A stretch of DNA of 38,405 nucleotides from Candidatus Eiseniibacteriota bacterium (GCA_034678345.1 JAXDBZ010000083.1:1-38405); one strand, 5' to 3'; positions 16,650 to 25,623 are shown, numbered from the stretch's first letter. Program-made: numbers and translations. The notes: generated from the sequence alone by a model not told the origin.

Positions 16650-17096
16650 TCAATCGTACGCAAGCCGCGTGGCCTCGTCGGAGAGGGTCGGTTGCAGCCG
16701 CGAGCGCCACTCCGGACCGGCCCAGGTGCCGAGGTGGTCGTGCGTCGTGAAGTACGTCCGGGGGATCGGGTGCGTCCCGAGCACGACCCGGATGCCGTAC
16801 TTCTCCGGGATGAAGCGCCGGAAGTGCTCGAGGTGGGGGCACGGCGGATATCCGACGAGGAGGCCGGTGGCGAGGTGGATGACCTCCGCCCCGTTCTTCT
16901 TCATCTCCTCGGGTGCGTACTCGATGTTGCCGCCCGGGCAGCCGCCGCAGCTCGTGAAGCCCACGAGCTCGACGTCGCGGCCGCGGTAGACGCTGAATGC
17001 CCCCGCTCGCTCCCGCAGAGACCTCAGGCACTTCCCTCCGGCACAGGCGCGGTACCGATCGCAGATGATGATGCCGATGCGGACAGTCTCGTTCAC
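16650..17096 (-). CDS. CGGC-domain putative metal-binding protein (148 aa)
   Basis: GTG after AGGAGG; IGIIIC...CAGGKC...FTSCGGCPG...CPH...GTH. Confidence 0.9.
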   Translation of the reverse strand: MNETVRIGIIICDRYRACAGGKCLRSLRERAGAFSVYRGRDVELVGFTSCGGCPGGNIEYAPEEMKKNGAEVIHLATGLLVGYPPCPHLEHFRRFIPEKYGIRVVLGTHPIPRTYFTTHDHLGTWAGPEWRSRLQPTLSDEATRLAYD

Positions 17097-17869
17097 GGCG
17101 AACCTCCTGATTGCGCGTGCGGTCGAGCCGGGGCCGGGGACCTCGTGGCGACGGGGCTGGCGGGCGCGGCCGCTGGCGCGCCGCGCCCGCTGCCCGGAAC
17201 GGGTTTGCGGCCGATCACGGCCTTCGTCAGCCCGCCGCCGGAGGCGAAGGCCCGCACCTGGTCGAACGTCCGGCCGAACTCCTCCTCTTCGCCGCCTACG
17301 AAGTCGCCGACGCCCTCGCTCGCGAGGAGCCGGACGCGCAGGCGGTAGAGGAGCCGGAGGAAGCGGCCCCGGGGCGGGAGGTGCTCCATCATCACGAACC
17401 GGCCGGCCGGCCGCAGGACGCGGGCCACCTCGGCGAGGAGTCCACGGCGCGCGCCGGCGGCGAGCTCGTACATGGCATAGGCGCAGGTCACGCAGTCCAC
17501 GGTGCCGGAAGCGACCGGCAGGGCGCGGGCGTCGGCCTGGACCCAGTGGATCCCGCAGCGTCCCGCGGCCTTCCGCCGGGCCTGCCGCAACATGCCCCCC
17601 GAGAAGTCGATGCCGAGGAGCCGCGCTCCGCTCCGGCTCAGGCGCAGGGCGCACGCGCCCGTGCCCGTGCAGAGGTCCAGCACCATCTCTCCCGGCTGCG
17701 GGTCGGCCACTTCCACCAGGAAGTCGCGCATCCTGCCCTGGCGGTCGCAGGAGTGCAGGCGGACGAAGCCGTCGTAGAAGGCCGAGAACCGGTCGTAGTA
17801 GCGCCGTTTCCCGCGCAGCGGGTCCCCCGCCGGCGTCGTCGCGGGCGCGCGTTCGGGCCGCGCGGTCAT
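17093..17869 (-). CDS. Class I SAM-dependent methyltransferase, UbiE-like (258 aa)
   Basis: VLDLCTGTG motif I; GIDFSGGML; ADARALP; RVLRPAGRF; overlapping start/stop codons at both ends. Confidence 0.88.
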   Translation of the reverse strand: MTARPERAPATTPAGDPLRGKRRYYDRFSAFYDGFVRLHSCDRQGRMRDFLVEVADPQPGEMVLDLCTGTGACALRLSRSGARLLGIDFSGGMLRQARRKAAGRCGIHWVQADARALPVASGTVDCVTCAYAMYELAAGARRGLLAEVARVLRPAGRFVMMEHLPPRGRFLRLLYRLRVRLLASEGVGDFVGGEEEEFGRTFDQVRAFASGGGLTKAVIGRKPVPGSGRGAPAAAPASPVATRSPAPARPHAQSGGSP

Positions 17870-18645
17870 CGTCCCACCTTCGCGCCGGACCGGGCGGGAG
17901 CGGGAGGACGCTCGCGGGTGAGGGTGAGCAGGCGCGCGCCCCGGACCTGCTGGAAGGTCGCCCCCTGGCCGACGGCGCGCAGGACCGCGTCCCCGTCGGA
18001 CACGCGCACGCCCGAGATGATGGTGGCGCCGCGGGCGAACAGGACCGGGGAGAGCGGGGTGCTGGGTCCCAGCACCACGACGGTGGAGGCCGGGCGGCAC
18101 AGCGCCAGCAGGCCATCCAGCGTGTGCGTGATCAGGGCGCTCCCCGTCAGGGCCACGACGTCCGCCCGCGGGATGAGGTCCGCGGCTGCGGCCGCGGGAT
18201 GCTCACCCTCGCCCGGGTGGTTCTCGATGACCCACAGCTCGGCCGCGGCCTCGCGCAGGCGCGGGATGAACGGGAAGTGGCCGACCAGCGCGACGCGCCG
18301 GCCCGCCCCCCGCTCGGCGAGGACCTCGCCGGCGTTGATCTCCCGGGCCTGCCGCTCGTCCACCTCGAGCAGGGAGTTGATCGCGGCCAGGCCGATGCCC
18401 GCCTCGACGGTGTTGTCCGAGCGGGCGTACTCGGCGAGCTCCCGGGCGCTCTTGCGGTGCAGCGCACCCGCGTCCCGGACCTGCACGTGGGCGGGCTCGT
18501 GCGGGTGGGGCACCGGCACGGTGGAGGCCATGCCGCAGTGCCGGCTGCACACGACGGTCCAGTGCGCGCCGACGAGCACGGACCGCACCGGTGCGTCGCC
18601 GTCCAGGCCCCGGAGGAGCTCGTCCAGAATCGTCGTGCCGTTCAT
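17866..18645 (-). CDS. DUF364-family protein (DUF4213 + Rossmann-like), putative heavy-metal/pterin-binding
   Basis: GAHWTVV...GMAST; IGLAAINS; VALVGHFP; ADVVALTGSALITHTLDGLL; LGPSTP. ATGA overlap at 18645 (alternative start 18651). Confidence 0.85.
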   Translation of the reverse strand: MNGTTILDELLRGLDGDAPVRSVLVGAHWTVVCSRHCGMASTVPVPHPHEPAHVQVRDAGALHRKSARELAEYARSDNTVEAGIGLAAINSLLEVDERQAREINAGEVLAERGAGRRVALVGHFPFIPRLREAAAELWVIENHPGEGEHPAAAAADLIPRADVVALTGSALITHTLDGLLALCRPASTVVVLGPSTPLSPVLFARGATIISGVRVSDGDAVLRAVGQGATFQQVRGARLLTLTRERPPAPARSGAKVGR

Positions 18646-19637
18646 GCCCATCGGCCGGCTCCCGTCGCGGTGGCCCCCGACGCCTCCAGACGCCGAAGGT
18701 AGAAGTCCCGGCCGCCGTAGGGGAGGCGGCGCAGGGCGCCGCTCGCCACGAGGGCGTCCAATTCGGCGTGCCCGAGGCCGCCGCGCGCGAGCAGGGCCAG
18801 CACTGCGTCCTCGCGCATCGGGTGCACGGCGGTGATGGCGAGCAGGTCGGCGACGGGGCCGGCCGCCGAGCCGAAGTCGGTGCCTTCGAAGGCGGCGAGG
18901 AGCTCCACGCGCGGCAATCGCTCCGCGAAACGCTGGTAGGCGCGGTTCAGGCTATCCTCGCCGGCGGGGCGCGCCCGCCGCGTCGCCGGCGGCCGTGTGG
19001 GCACGGCGACGTAGGCGATCGCCGGCCGGAGCCGCTCGAGGACGCCCGCGATCGCCTCGATGGAGGCCGATCCGGAGTTCTCCTTCCGCAGCAACATGGT
19101 CTCGGTCGCCAGGCGGCCCGTCCAGCCGCCCGCAAAGCGCAGCATGCCCTCGAGGACGGTCTCGAAGCGCAGGTCGGGGTGCGGGCGGTTGACGAGCCGC
19201 CACGTGTCCTCGGCGCCTGCGTCCACCTTGAGGGACACCCAGTCGGCGAGCGCCAGCGCCGCCTGCACTTCGTCGCGCCACAGGAGCGAGCCGTTCGTGA
19301 TGACGGCGATCGGCAGGCCCAGCGGGCGGAGGCCCTCGATTTCCTCGGCGAGGTGACGGTCCAGCGTGGGCTCGCCATCGGCGACGAATGTCAGGTAGTC
19401 GATGGCCTGTCCGCGTTCCCGCACCGCGCGAACGTGGTTCGTGACGGCGGCGACGAGCTGGTCGGGAGCGTGCAGGCTCCGGGGCTCCGTCTCGCGCCTG
19501 CGGGTCCGTCCGACCTGGCAGTACAGGCAGGAGTAGGAGCAGGCCTTGGGGTGGACGTTGTTCACACCCACGCTTCTGCCCAGGCGCCGCGAGGGCACGG
19601 GGCCAAAGGCGAAGGCGACCGGCGGCCGGGCCGTCAC
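18642..19637 (-). CDS. Radical SAM protein (COG0731/TYW1-like Fe-S oxidoreductase) (331 aa)
   Basis: FGPVPSRRLGRSVG; CSYSCLYC (CxxxCxxC); DGEPTL; VITNGSL; SLKVDA. Confidence 0.9.
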   Translation of the reverse strand: MTARPPVAFAFGPVPSRRLGRSVGVNNVHPKACSYSCLYCQVGRTRRRETEPRSLHAPDQLVAAVTNHVRAVRERGQAIDYLTFVADGEPTLDRHLAEEIEGLRPLGLPIAVITNGSLLWRDEVQAALALADWVSLKVDAGAEDTWRLVNRPHPDLRFETVLEGMLRFAGGWTGRLATETMLLRKENSGSASIEAIAGVLERLRPAIAYVAVPTRPPATRRARPAGEDSLNRAYQRFAERLPRVELLAAFEGTDFGSAAGPVADLLAITAVHPMREDAVLALLARGGLGHAELDALVASGALRRLPYGGRDFYLRRLEASGATATGAGRWA

Positions 19638-19649
19638 GCGGCCCGCCGG

Positions 19650-20396
19650 TCAGGATTGGTGTCCGAGCAGCGCGAGGCCATACAGGAGCCCGATCCCGAG
19701 GAGGAAGCAACCGAAGTGGAGCGCACCGCGCGCGACGTCCCGCTGTTTGTTCACCTCGGGCACGAGGTCCGAGGCCGCGATGTAGATGAAGTTGCCGGCG
19801 GCGAAGGGCAGCAGGAAGGTGACGTCCATCCGGAACGACGCCAGGTAGGCCAGGATGCCGCCGAGGAGGAAGGTCAAGGCCGAGGCGAAGTTGAACAGGA
19901 GCGCCCGCTGCTTGCTCCAGCCCGAGTAGACGAGCACGCCGAAGTCGCCCAACTCTTGGGGGACCTCGTGGGCCGCGGCCGCGAGCCAGGCCATGGCCCC
20001 GACCCGGATGTCCACCAGGAACGCGCCCGCCACGGCCAGCCCGCCGAGGAGATTGTGGAGGGCGTCACCGATGAGGATGAGCCAGCCCATGGCGTCGCGG
20101 CAGGCGGCGTCCCGCCGATGGCAGTGATGCCAGTGGAGGAACTGCTCCAGCGCCAGGAACAGCGAGAAGCCGATCAGCGTCCACAGCAGCGCCGTGCGCG
20201 GGTCCCCGCCCCGCACCAGAGCGGCCGGGATCATGTGGAAGAACGCGCCGCCGAGCAGCGTGCCCGCCGCCAGCGCCACGAGGGGCATGAGGATGCGCTG
20301 CAGGACCCGGTCCGGCAGCACCAGCGTGACGGCGCCGACCAGCGCGATGATGCTCATCAGGACACCACCGCCCAGGATCCATGCGAACGTGCTCAT
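19650..20396 (-). CDS. ZIP-family divalent metal transporter (248 aa)
   Basis: Multiple TM segments; His-rich loop LHWHHCH; GDALHN; AHEVPQELGDF; FIYIAASDLVPE. Confidence 0.92.
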   Translation of the reverse strand: MSTFAWILGGGVLMSIIALVGAVTLVLPDRVLQRILMPLVALAAGTLLGGAFFHMIPAALVRGGDPRTALLWTLIGFSLFLALEQFLHWHHCHRRDAACRDAMGWLILIGDALHNLLGGLAVAGAFLVDIRVGAMAWLAAAAHEVPQELGDFGVLVYSGWSKQRALLFNFASALTFLLGGILAYLASFRMDVTFLLPFAAGNFIYIAASDLVPEVNKQRDVARGALHFGCFLLGIGLLYGLALLGHQS

Positions 20397-20785
20397 GGCA
20401 TCTCCTCTCCAGTTCCCTCCGTCGCCGCTCCCTTCTCCCGGCCCGGAGTGCGGTCGGGGGTGCGACCGGCGGGCTTGGCGCGGCCGGGACGCAGGTCCTC
20501 GTCGCTCTCGCCCCGCTCGATGAGCAGCGCGGCGGGCGCGAGCAGGGCCCGCACCACTTTGGCCCGGCCACTCTCGAGGAGTCGCTGGACCGTGCCTCGC
20601 GACACCCCCATGCGATCGCCTGCCTCCTCCTGAGCCAGCCCCTCGACGTCGCAGAGCCGCATCGCCTCCAGCTCGCCCAACTCGAGCCGGATTCGAGGGA
20701 GGTCGGTCAACGGGATGCTGCGTGGCTTGTAGACGCGATCGCCATCGAAGCGCCGGCAGAATCGCTGTTTGCGTGGTCGCGGCAT
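20393..20785 (-). CDS. DUF134-family HTH protein, putative transcriptional regulator (130 aa)
   Basis: MPRPRKQR...YKP...ELEAMRLCDVEGLAQEEAGDRMGVSRGTVQRLL. Confidence 0.88.
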   Translation of the reverse strand: MPRPRKQRFCRRFDGDRVYKPRSIPLTDLPRIRLELGELEAMRLCDVEGLAQEEAGDRMGVSRGTVQRLLESGRAKVVRALLAPAALLIERGESDEDLRPGRAKPAGRTPDRTPGREKGAATEGTGEEMP

Positions 20786-20800
20786 CGCTACCCTCTGGTT

Positions 20801-20816
20801 ATGTGCATATGCACAT
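20801..20816. promoter_or_regulatory. Perfect 16-bp palindromic operator candidate
   Basis: ATGTGCATATGCACAT, AT-rich in a GC-rich genome. Lies 15 bp upstream of the DUF134 start and overlaps the -10 element. Confidence 0.75.
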
Positions 20817-20841
20817 TAGTACGGCGGACCACGCGCGTCAA
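20813..20841 (-). promoter_or_regulatory. Sigma70 promoter of the DUF134-led operon
   Basis: Minus strand TTGACG (20841-20836), 17-nt spacer, TAATGT (20818-20813). Confidence 0.7.
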
Positions 20842-20991
20842 TCTCCGGGTCCACGGGGGAGACCGGATGCGTGCTGGCGCTTCGGGGACCGGCCTCATCC
20901 CGGCCGAGGTCGCCCCGGGGGCGATCCAACCCGGCGCCGGCCTCCGACGCTCCCTCGTCGCTCGCGGGATGGGTCCGCCCGGCCCCGGCAT

Positions 20992-21021
20992 GCGAAGCGG
21001 GGCCGCGTCGTGCGGGCCCGC
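20992..21021 (-). terminator. Putative terminator downstream of 21035..23395
   Basis: Minus strand GCGGGCCCGCA-cga-CGCGGCCCCGC followed by TTCGC. Confidence 0.5.
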
Positions 21022-21034
21022 GTCGAGGCCCGGG

Positions 21035-23395
21035 CTACCGCCCGGGGCGGCTGGGCCTCTCCGGCCTGGAGCGCTCCTCCTTCGCGGGCTCGGCCTGGGC
21101 GGGGGGCGGCGTGCTCTCGCGCGCCGGCGTCGGCTGCGGAGCCGGGGCGGTCTCCCGAGGCGCGGGCTGTGGCGCGGGGGCAGTCTCCAACGCCCGCTCG
21201 CGGGCGCGGTACTCGCGCTCGAGGTTGCCCGGGGACACCCTCTCGGCCGGCGCCGGCGCGGATTGGGCCGGGGAGGGGGCGGACCGCGCGGGAGCGGTCG
21301 GCGTGGCGCCGCCCGCCTCGCGCCGGATGGCCGGGCGCACAGGCGCGGGGGTCGCGGCGCCGGGCGTGGCGGGTCGCGTCACGACCCGTCCGGCCTCCCT
21401 CGTCTCGGGCAGTCTCGTCCGCCTCCAGCCGCTGCCGTCGTTCACCTTCCAGGTGCCGTCGGCCTCGCGCCGATAGACCTTGCCGTCCCGGCCGGCGAAG
21501 ACGTCGTTGGGCAGGGGCGTGAGCTTCGTGGTCACGCGGGTGACCTGGCGAACGGGCGGGCGGAGCACGCTGAGGTCCACGCGCCCGGCGTTGCCCGGCC
21601 GGCTGTAGATGTTGGCGGGCTGGCGGTCGCGCTGCGCCGGACGCGTTCCGTTCGCGAGCCTCGGGCGCAGGGGGCTCTTGTCGGCGGCCAGCAGCGGGCG
21701 GCGGTACCCGCCCGGGCCGAACCACAGCGGTGGTCCGTGGTGCAGCGCGGTGGCCTCGGTCGTGCGCCAGCGCGTGCCGACCCGCAGGAACCCCGTGCCG
21801 TAGCTCCAGCCGAAGCTCCAGCGGCTCATCCAGGGGTTGTAGCGCGGGTGGAAGCCCCAGGTGACGGGCCGCGGCAGGTAGATGCGCCGCCGCCAGGACT
21901 TGTAGCGATACCCGGTCCCGTAGACCACCGTGCCGTAGTAGGGGTAGCAGCCGACGTAGCCCGGCAGGTAGCCCACGTAGATGTAGTCCGTGGTCCAGTC
22001 GAAGATGTACACGTAGCGCAGGTGGTACACGGGGCAATCGGGCGGGATGTCGTCAAGTCCGAGCGGGCGCGTCTCGCTCACCCGCCAGGGGCCGTAGGGA
22101 TCGTCGGCGATGTACCAGACCCCCTGGTCGCAGGCGTAGTACCGCCCGTCGGCGTAGATCACCTCGACGTCGGCGTTGAGGCAGTAGTAGAGCCCCGTGC
22201 CCTCGATGTACTGCCACTCCGGCTCGCCATCGTAGGTCACGAGCAGCTCGCTCGCGCCCCGCAGGATCGCGGCGGTCTGCGGGATGCCCGCGTCGGCGAC
22301 GGCGTCCTCCGCCTCGTCGGTCCCCGCCACGGCGGCCCGCAGGTGGCCCTTGGCGGAGCCGGCGGGGATCTCCAGGAAGCACTCGGGCAGCTCGTCGGCG
22401 CGCACGAAGGTCCACGGCCCGTCGGCCGACTCGGCGGCGTACCAGCGGCCGGCCAGCAGCACGTAGAGCGCCTGCGATTCCACCTCGCGCAGGACGTCGC
22501 TCTCCGTGTTCGTCACGTAGAGCAGCTCGTCGCCGACCAGCGGCGCCCATTGCGGCGGCCCGTCGGTCGAGATCAGCTCGGTCGGCTCGGTGGCGGTGAG
22601 CACCTCCGGCGCTTCGCCCTTCACCTGCGCCTCGGCCGACGTGTCGGGGGGCACGATGGCGCGCACGGACTCCGGTACGCGCTCGGTGTCGGTCCACGGT
22701 CCCAGCGGGTCGCTGGCCGAGTACCAGAGGTTCGCGCCGTTCAGGTAGTAGGTCCGCGTCCCCGGATCGAAGACCACGGCGTAGGGCGTGTTGGCGACGC
22801 GCTGCAGCCGCGAGCCGGCGATGTCCTCGAGCATCGGCTCGCCGTCGTAGACGACCAGCACGGCGCGTTCGTAGGCGAAGAGGATGCGGGGCGGGGCATT
22901 CTCGAGCCCCTCGACACCGGCGCGCTCCTTGTCGGTGGCGGCCAGGCCCGCCTTGAGCTCGGCCAGCGTCCCCCACACGTCCCACTTCGCCGCGCCCGCC
23001 TCGATGGCCTGCCGGCACTGCACCGACTCGTCGTCGGTGCCGCGCGGCAGCCGCAGCCGCGTCAGGCGCAGCTCGCGCGCCGAGACGGTGTTGCTGTCGC
23101 GGTCCACCGCGATGAGGCCGTCGAACCAGAAGACGCCGAAGACCGGCCGGGCCGCCCCGACCTTCTGGTAGGAGAAGGCGGCCCGGCCGCTGAGCGTGTC
23201 CCCCTCGAGCCATTCGGGCTGCGGCTGGTAGACCACGATCGTGCCCCCGGTGAAGTCGAGTTGCCGCGGCCAGCCCGGGCCCGTCGCGGGGGCCGCGGCG
23301 ACGACGGCCGGCAGGGCGGCCAGCGCGAGAAGGACGAGCAGGCCCGCAAGGACGGGCCCACGCCGCGGGGTGTGGGGGTGGCGCAGCGCTGACAT
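21035..23395 (-). CDS. Secreted Trp/Tyr-rich hypothetical protein with Pro/Ala/Arg-rich disordered C-terminal tail (786 aa)
   Basis: RBS GGAGG; signal peptide; WPRQL...IVVYQPQ N-terminal domain; repeated GPW motifs; YVGYLPGY...YGTVVYGTGY; low-complexity tail. Confidence 0.85.
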   Translation of the reverse strand: MSALRHPHTPRRGPVLAGLLVLLALAALPAVVAAAPATGPGWPRQLDFTGGTIVVYQPQPEWLEGDTLSGRAAFSYQKVGAARPVFGVFWFDGLIAVDRDSNTVSARELRLTRLRLPRGTDDESVQCRQAIEAGAAKWDVWGTLAELKAGLAATDKERAGVEGLENAPPRILFAYERAVLVVYDGEPMLEDIAGSRLQRVANTPYAVVFDPGTRTYYLNGANLWYSASDPLGPWTDTERVPESVRAIVPPDTSAEAQVKGEAPEVLTATEPTELISTDGPPQWAPLVGDELLYVTNTESDVLREVESQALYVLLAGRWYAAESADGPWTFVRADELPECFLEIPAGSAKGHLRAAVAGTDEAEDAVADAGIPQTAAILRGASELLVTYDGEPEWQYIEGTGLYYCLNADVEVIYADGRYYACDQGVWYIADDPYGPWRVSETRPLGLDDIPPDCPVYHLRYVYIFDWTTDYIYVGYLPGYVGCYPYYGTVVYGTGYRYKSWRRRIYLPRPVTWGFHPRYNPWMSRWSFGWSYGTGFLRVGTRWRTTEATALHHGPPLWFGPGGYRRPLLAADKSPLRPRLANGTRPAQRDRQPANIYSRPGNAGRVDLSVLRPPVRQVTRVTTKLTPLPNDVFAGRDGKVYRREADGTWKVNDGSGWRRTRLPETREAGRVVTRPATPGAATPAPVRPAIRREAGGATPTAPARSAPSPAQSAPAPAERVSPGNLEREYRARERALETAPAPQPAPRETAPAPQPTPARESTPPPAQAEPAKEERSRPERPSRPGR

Positions 23396-23704
23396 CGGGT
23401 GCCTCCGTGTGGGGATCGTGGCGGGTGCCTCGGTGGGGAAGCGTCGCCGACCACTTTACCCTGCTCTGGCCCGGATGGCACGCCGGGCGGGGCGCCCCTG
23501 CGGGGGCCCGCCTCCCGCCGGGGTGGCGGCGGTCCATCTTCGTTGCAGACGCGGCGGCCCGCAGGGCTCTAGAATCGTGGCAGGCGGGCGGACCCTCGGC
23601 ACCGGCGGGCCGTCTTCGGACTGGTGCGATCCCTCCGCTCCGAGTCCCTCTCGTTCGTGACGACCGTGCGCGGATCCGCCGCGGCGGCCACGAGGAGGTC
23701 CCGC

Positions 23705-24283
23705 ATGGCACCCAGGCGATACTCCGGTCCCGGCCTGCTCGCCCTGCTCTTCGTCCTGTGTCTGCTGGCGTTGCCGGTGGCGGGGGCGCAGGGCGGAGCC
23801 CAGGCGACGAAACCCCTTTCGCCCTTCCCGGCCATCCACTCGCCCAACCCGCCCGACTACGACCTCTACCAGGTCAAGTTCACCTACCTCGGGCCGCAGA
23901 AGAAGGCCGTGCCGTCGCTGGCCGTGGTGGGCATGGCGCGGGTGTACGACCTGAGCCTGTTCGTGCCCTACGAGCGCGGCTTCGATTACGGCAACGACGA
24001 GTTCACCGGGGACACGCTGGTGATGGCCGGACCGGAGCTCATGAACTTCGTCAATGCCATCGCGACGGTCCCAGCGCTCACCGACACGGCCCTCATTGCC
24101 GAGCCCAACATGTCGCTGATGATCCTGCGCGACTTCGGGCCCGCCGAGGTCTGCTGGGAGCACCTGGCGACCCGGGGCGAGACCGACACCCTGTTCCAGA
24201 TGCTGCGCGACCATGTCCTGAACCCGGCCGACACGCTCAAGGTGAGCGGTTACCGCCGGCAGATGGCGGGGGTGCGCCGATGA
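23705..24283 (+). CDS. Secreted hypothetical protein (192 aa)
   Basis: ATG after GAGGAGG; signal peptide (LLALLFVLCLLALPVAGA); ATGA overlap with the next gene. Confidence 0.8.
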   Translation: MAPRRYSGPGLLALLFVLCLLALPVAGAQGGAQATKPLSPFPAIHSPNPPDYDLYQVKFTYLGPQKKAVPSLAVVGMARVYDLSLFVPYERGFDYGNDEFTGDTLVMAGPELMNFVNAIATVPALTDTALIAEPNMSLMILRDFGPAEVCWEHLATRGETDTLFQMLRDHVLNPADTLKVSGYRRQMAGVRR

Positions 24284-25623
24284 GACAGCTCCGCTCGCGC
24301 CCCGCCCTCGGGGCAGGTCTGCTGGCCGGACTCGTCCTGGCCGGCCTCGCGTCCGCCGCCGTTCTCGGCACCATCATCAAGGGCACGAACGGCAGCTTCG
24401 ACGTCACCGTCACGCCCGCGCCCGCCGACTCGCTGCGGTCCTCCATCCGGATCAGCTACACGCCGGACACGAGCAAGGTGAACTGCAGCCCCATCTACCT
24501 CGTCCAGACCTGCCGCGACTCCTCCGCCGGCGGCGGTGTCATCAAGCCGAAGGACTACAAGACCACCGCCTTCGTCCACATGCAGGACGACATGACGCCG
24601 GGCGGCACGTACGTGGACCACCTCGTGTGCGAGAAGGATCCCTTCTACAACGGGGAGGACGCGGGCAAGGACACGAAGAGCGCCGGCTCGTCCGACGGGC
24701 ACACCGCCACGACGACGACGATGTCCGACGCGCCCTCGATCAGCGACGGCGCGTTCCCGGCCGGCGTGACCACGATCATCTCCACCTTCACCGTCTGCGC
24801 GGTCTGCAAGCCGGACGGCAAGATCCTCGACTGCGTGACCTGGACCTGGACCCGCACCAAGGGCTCGGCGGGCAAGGGCACGATCACCGGCCCGACCACG
24901 ACGACCACGGCCACCCAGGAGTTCAAGGACGCCGTCGCCGCCTACGAGAAGAACCACGGCAATGGCACGAAGTGCCCCGAGCTGCTGGCCGAGACCCACA
25001 TGGGCGGGCAGAACGTCGCTCCCGGCACGGGCAAGAAGGAGCCCTACGACCCGCCGGTGGAGGGCCAGCCGTCCACGGTCCAGTGGGACATCGTCAACAC
25101 GGGCGGGCAAGACGTGACCAGCGTGACCTGGACGGTGATGCTCGACGGGACCTTCCTGACCTGGGGCATGGTGCCGGTCATCGAGTGGTTCGACTACGCG
25201 ACGGTGGCCTTCCCGCTGCCGCCGCTGCCGGCCGGGCCGCACACGCTCGTCATGATCGTGGACTCGGACTACCTGATCCCCGAATACGACGAGCTGGACA
25301 ACGTGGAGGTGGACGAGTTCCTGGTCAGTCCGGCCACCGGCGTCGGGCCGGTCGTGCCGTCCGTGCACCTCGGCATCACTTCGCTGCTGCCCAACCCCAC
25401 GCGGGGCCGCGTGGCGGCGACGCTGAACCTGCCGGGCGCCGCGCCGGCGACGCTCGAACTGGTGGACCTGAGCGGCCGCCGCGTGCGCGAGTTCGTGGTG
25501 GCGGGACCGGGCGTCCAGACGGTGCGCTTCGAGCTGGGCGGCGACGTCAACCCGGGCCTCTACCTGCTGCGGCTGCGACAGGCCGGGCAGGAGGCCGTGC
25601 GGAAGCTGACCGTGGTGAGGTGA
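24280..25623 (+). CDS. Secreted Thr/Cys-rich protein with CARDB-like domain and C-terminal FlgD-Ig/T9SS-type domain (447 aa)
   Basis: ATG at 24280 in ATGA overlap; signal peptide; AGPHTLVMIVDSDYLIPEYDELDN (CARDB-like); LPNPTRG...LVDLSGRRV...PGLYLLRL...RKLTVVR. Confidence 0.85.
   Translation: MRQLRSRPALGAGLLAGLVLAGLASAAVLGTIIKGTNGSFDVTVTPAPADSLRSSIRISYTPDTSKVNCSPIYLVQTCRDSSAGGGVIKPKDYKTTAFVHMQDDMTPGGTYVDHLVCEKDPFYNGEDAGKDTKSAGSSDGHTATTTTMSDAPSISDGAFPAGVTTIISTFTVCAVCKPDGKILDCVTWTWTRTKGSAGKGTITGPTTTTTATQEFKDAVAAYEKNHGNGTKCPELLAETHMGGQNVAPGTGKKEPYDPPVEGQPSTVQWDIVNTGGQDVTSVTWTVMLDGTFLTWGMVPVIEWFDYATVAFPLPPLPAGPHTLVMIVDSDYLIPEYDELDNVEVDEFLVSPATGVGPVVPSVHLGITSLLPNPTRGRVAATLNLPGAAPATLELVDLSGRRVREFVVAGPGVQTVRFELGGDVNPGLYLLRLRQAGQEAVRKLTVVR

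Noticed and set aside
18642-19637. Wyosine tRNA-modification enzyme TYW1
   Set aside because: The resemblance is at family level only. Wyosine is archaeal/eukaryotic, and the context points to metal-cofactor metabolism.
23476-23492. TGGCACG as a possible sigma54 -24 element
   Set aside because: There is no TGC at the -12 position with GG-N10-GC spacing.
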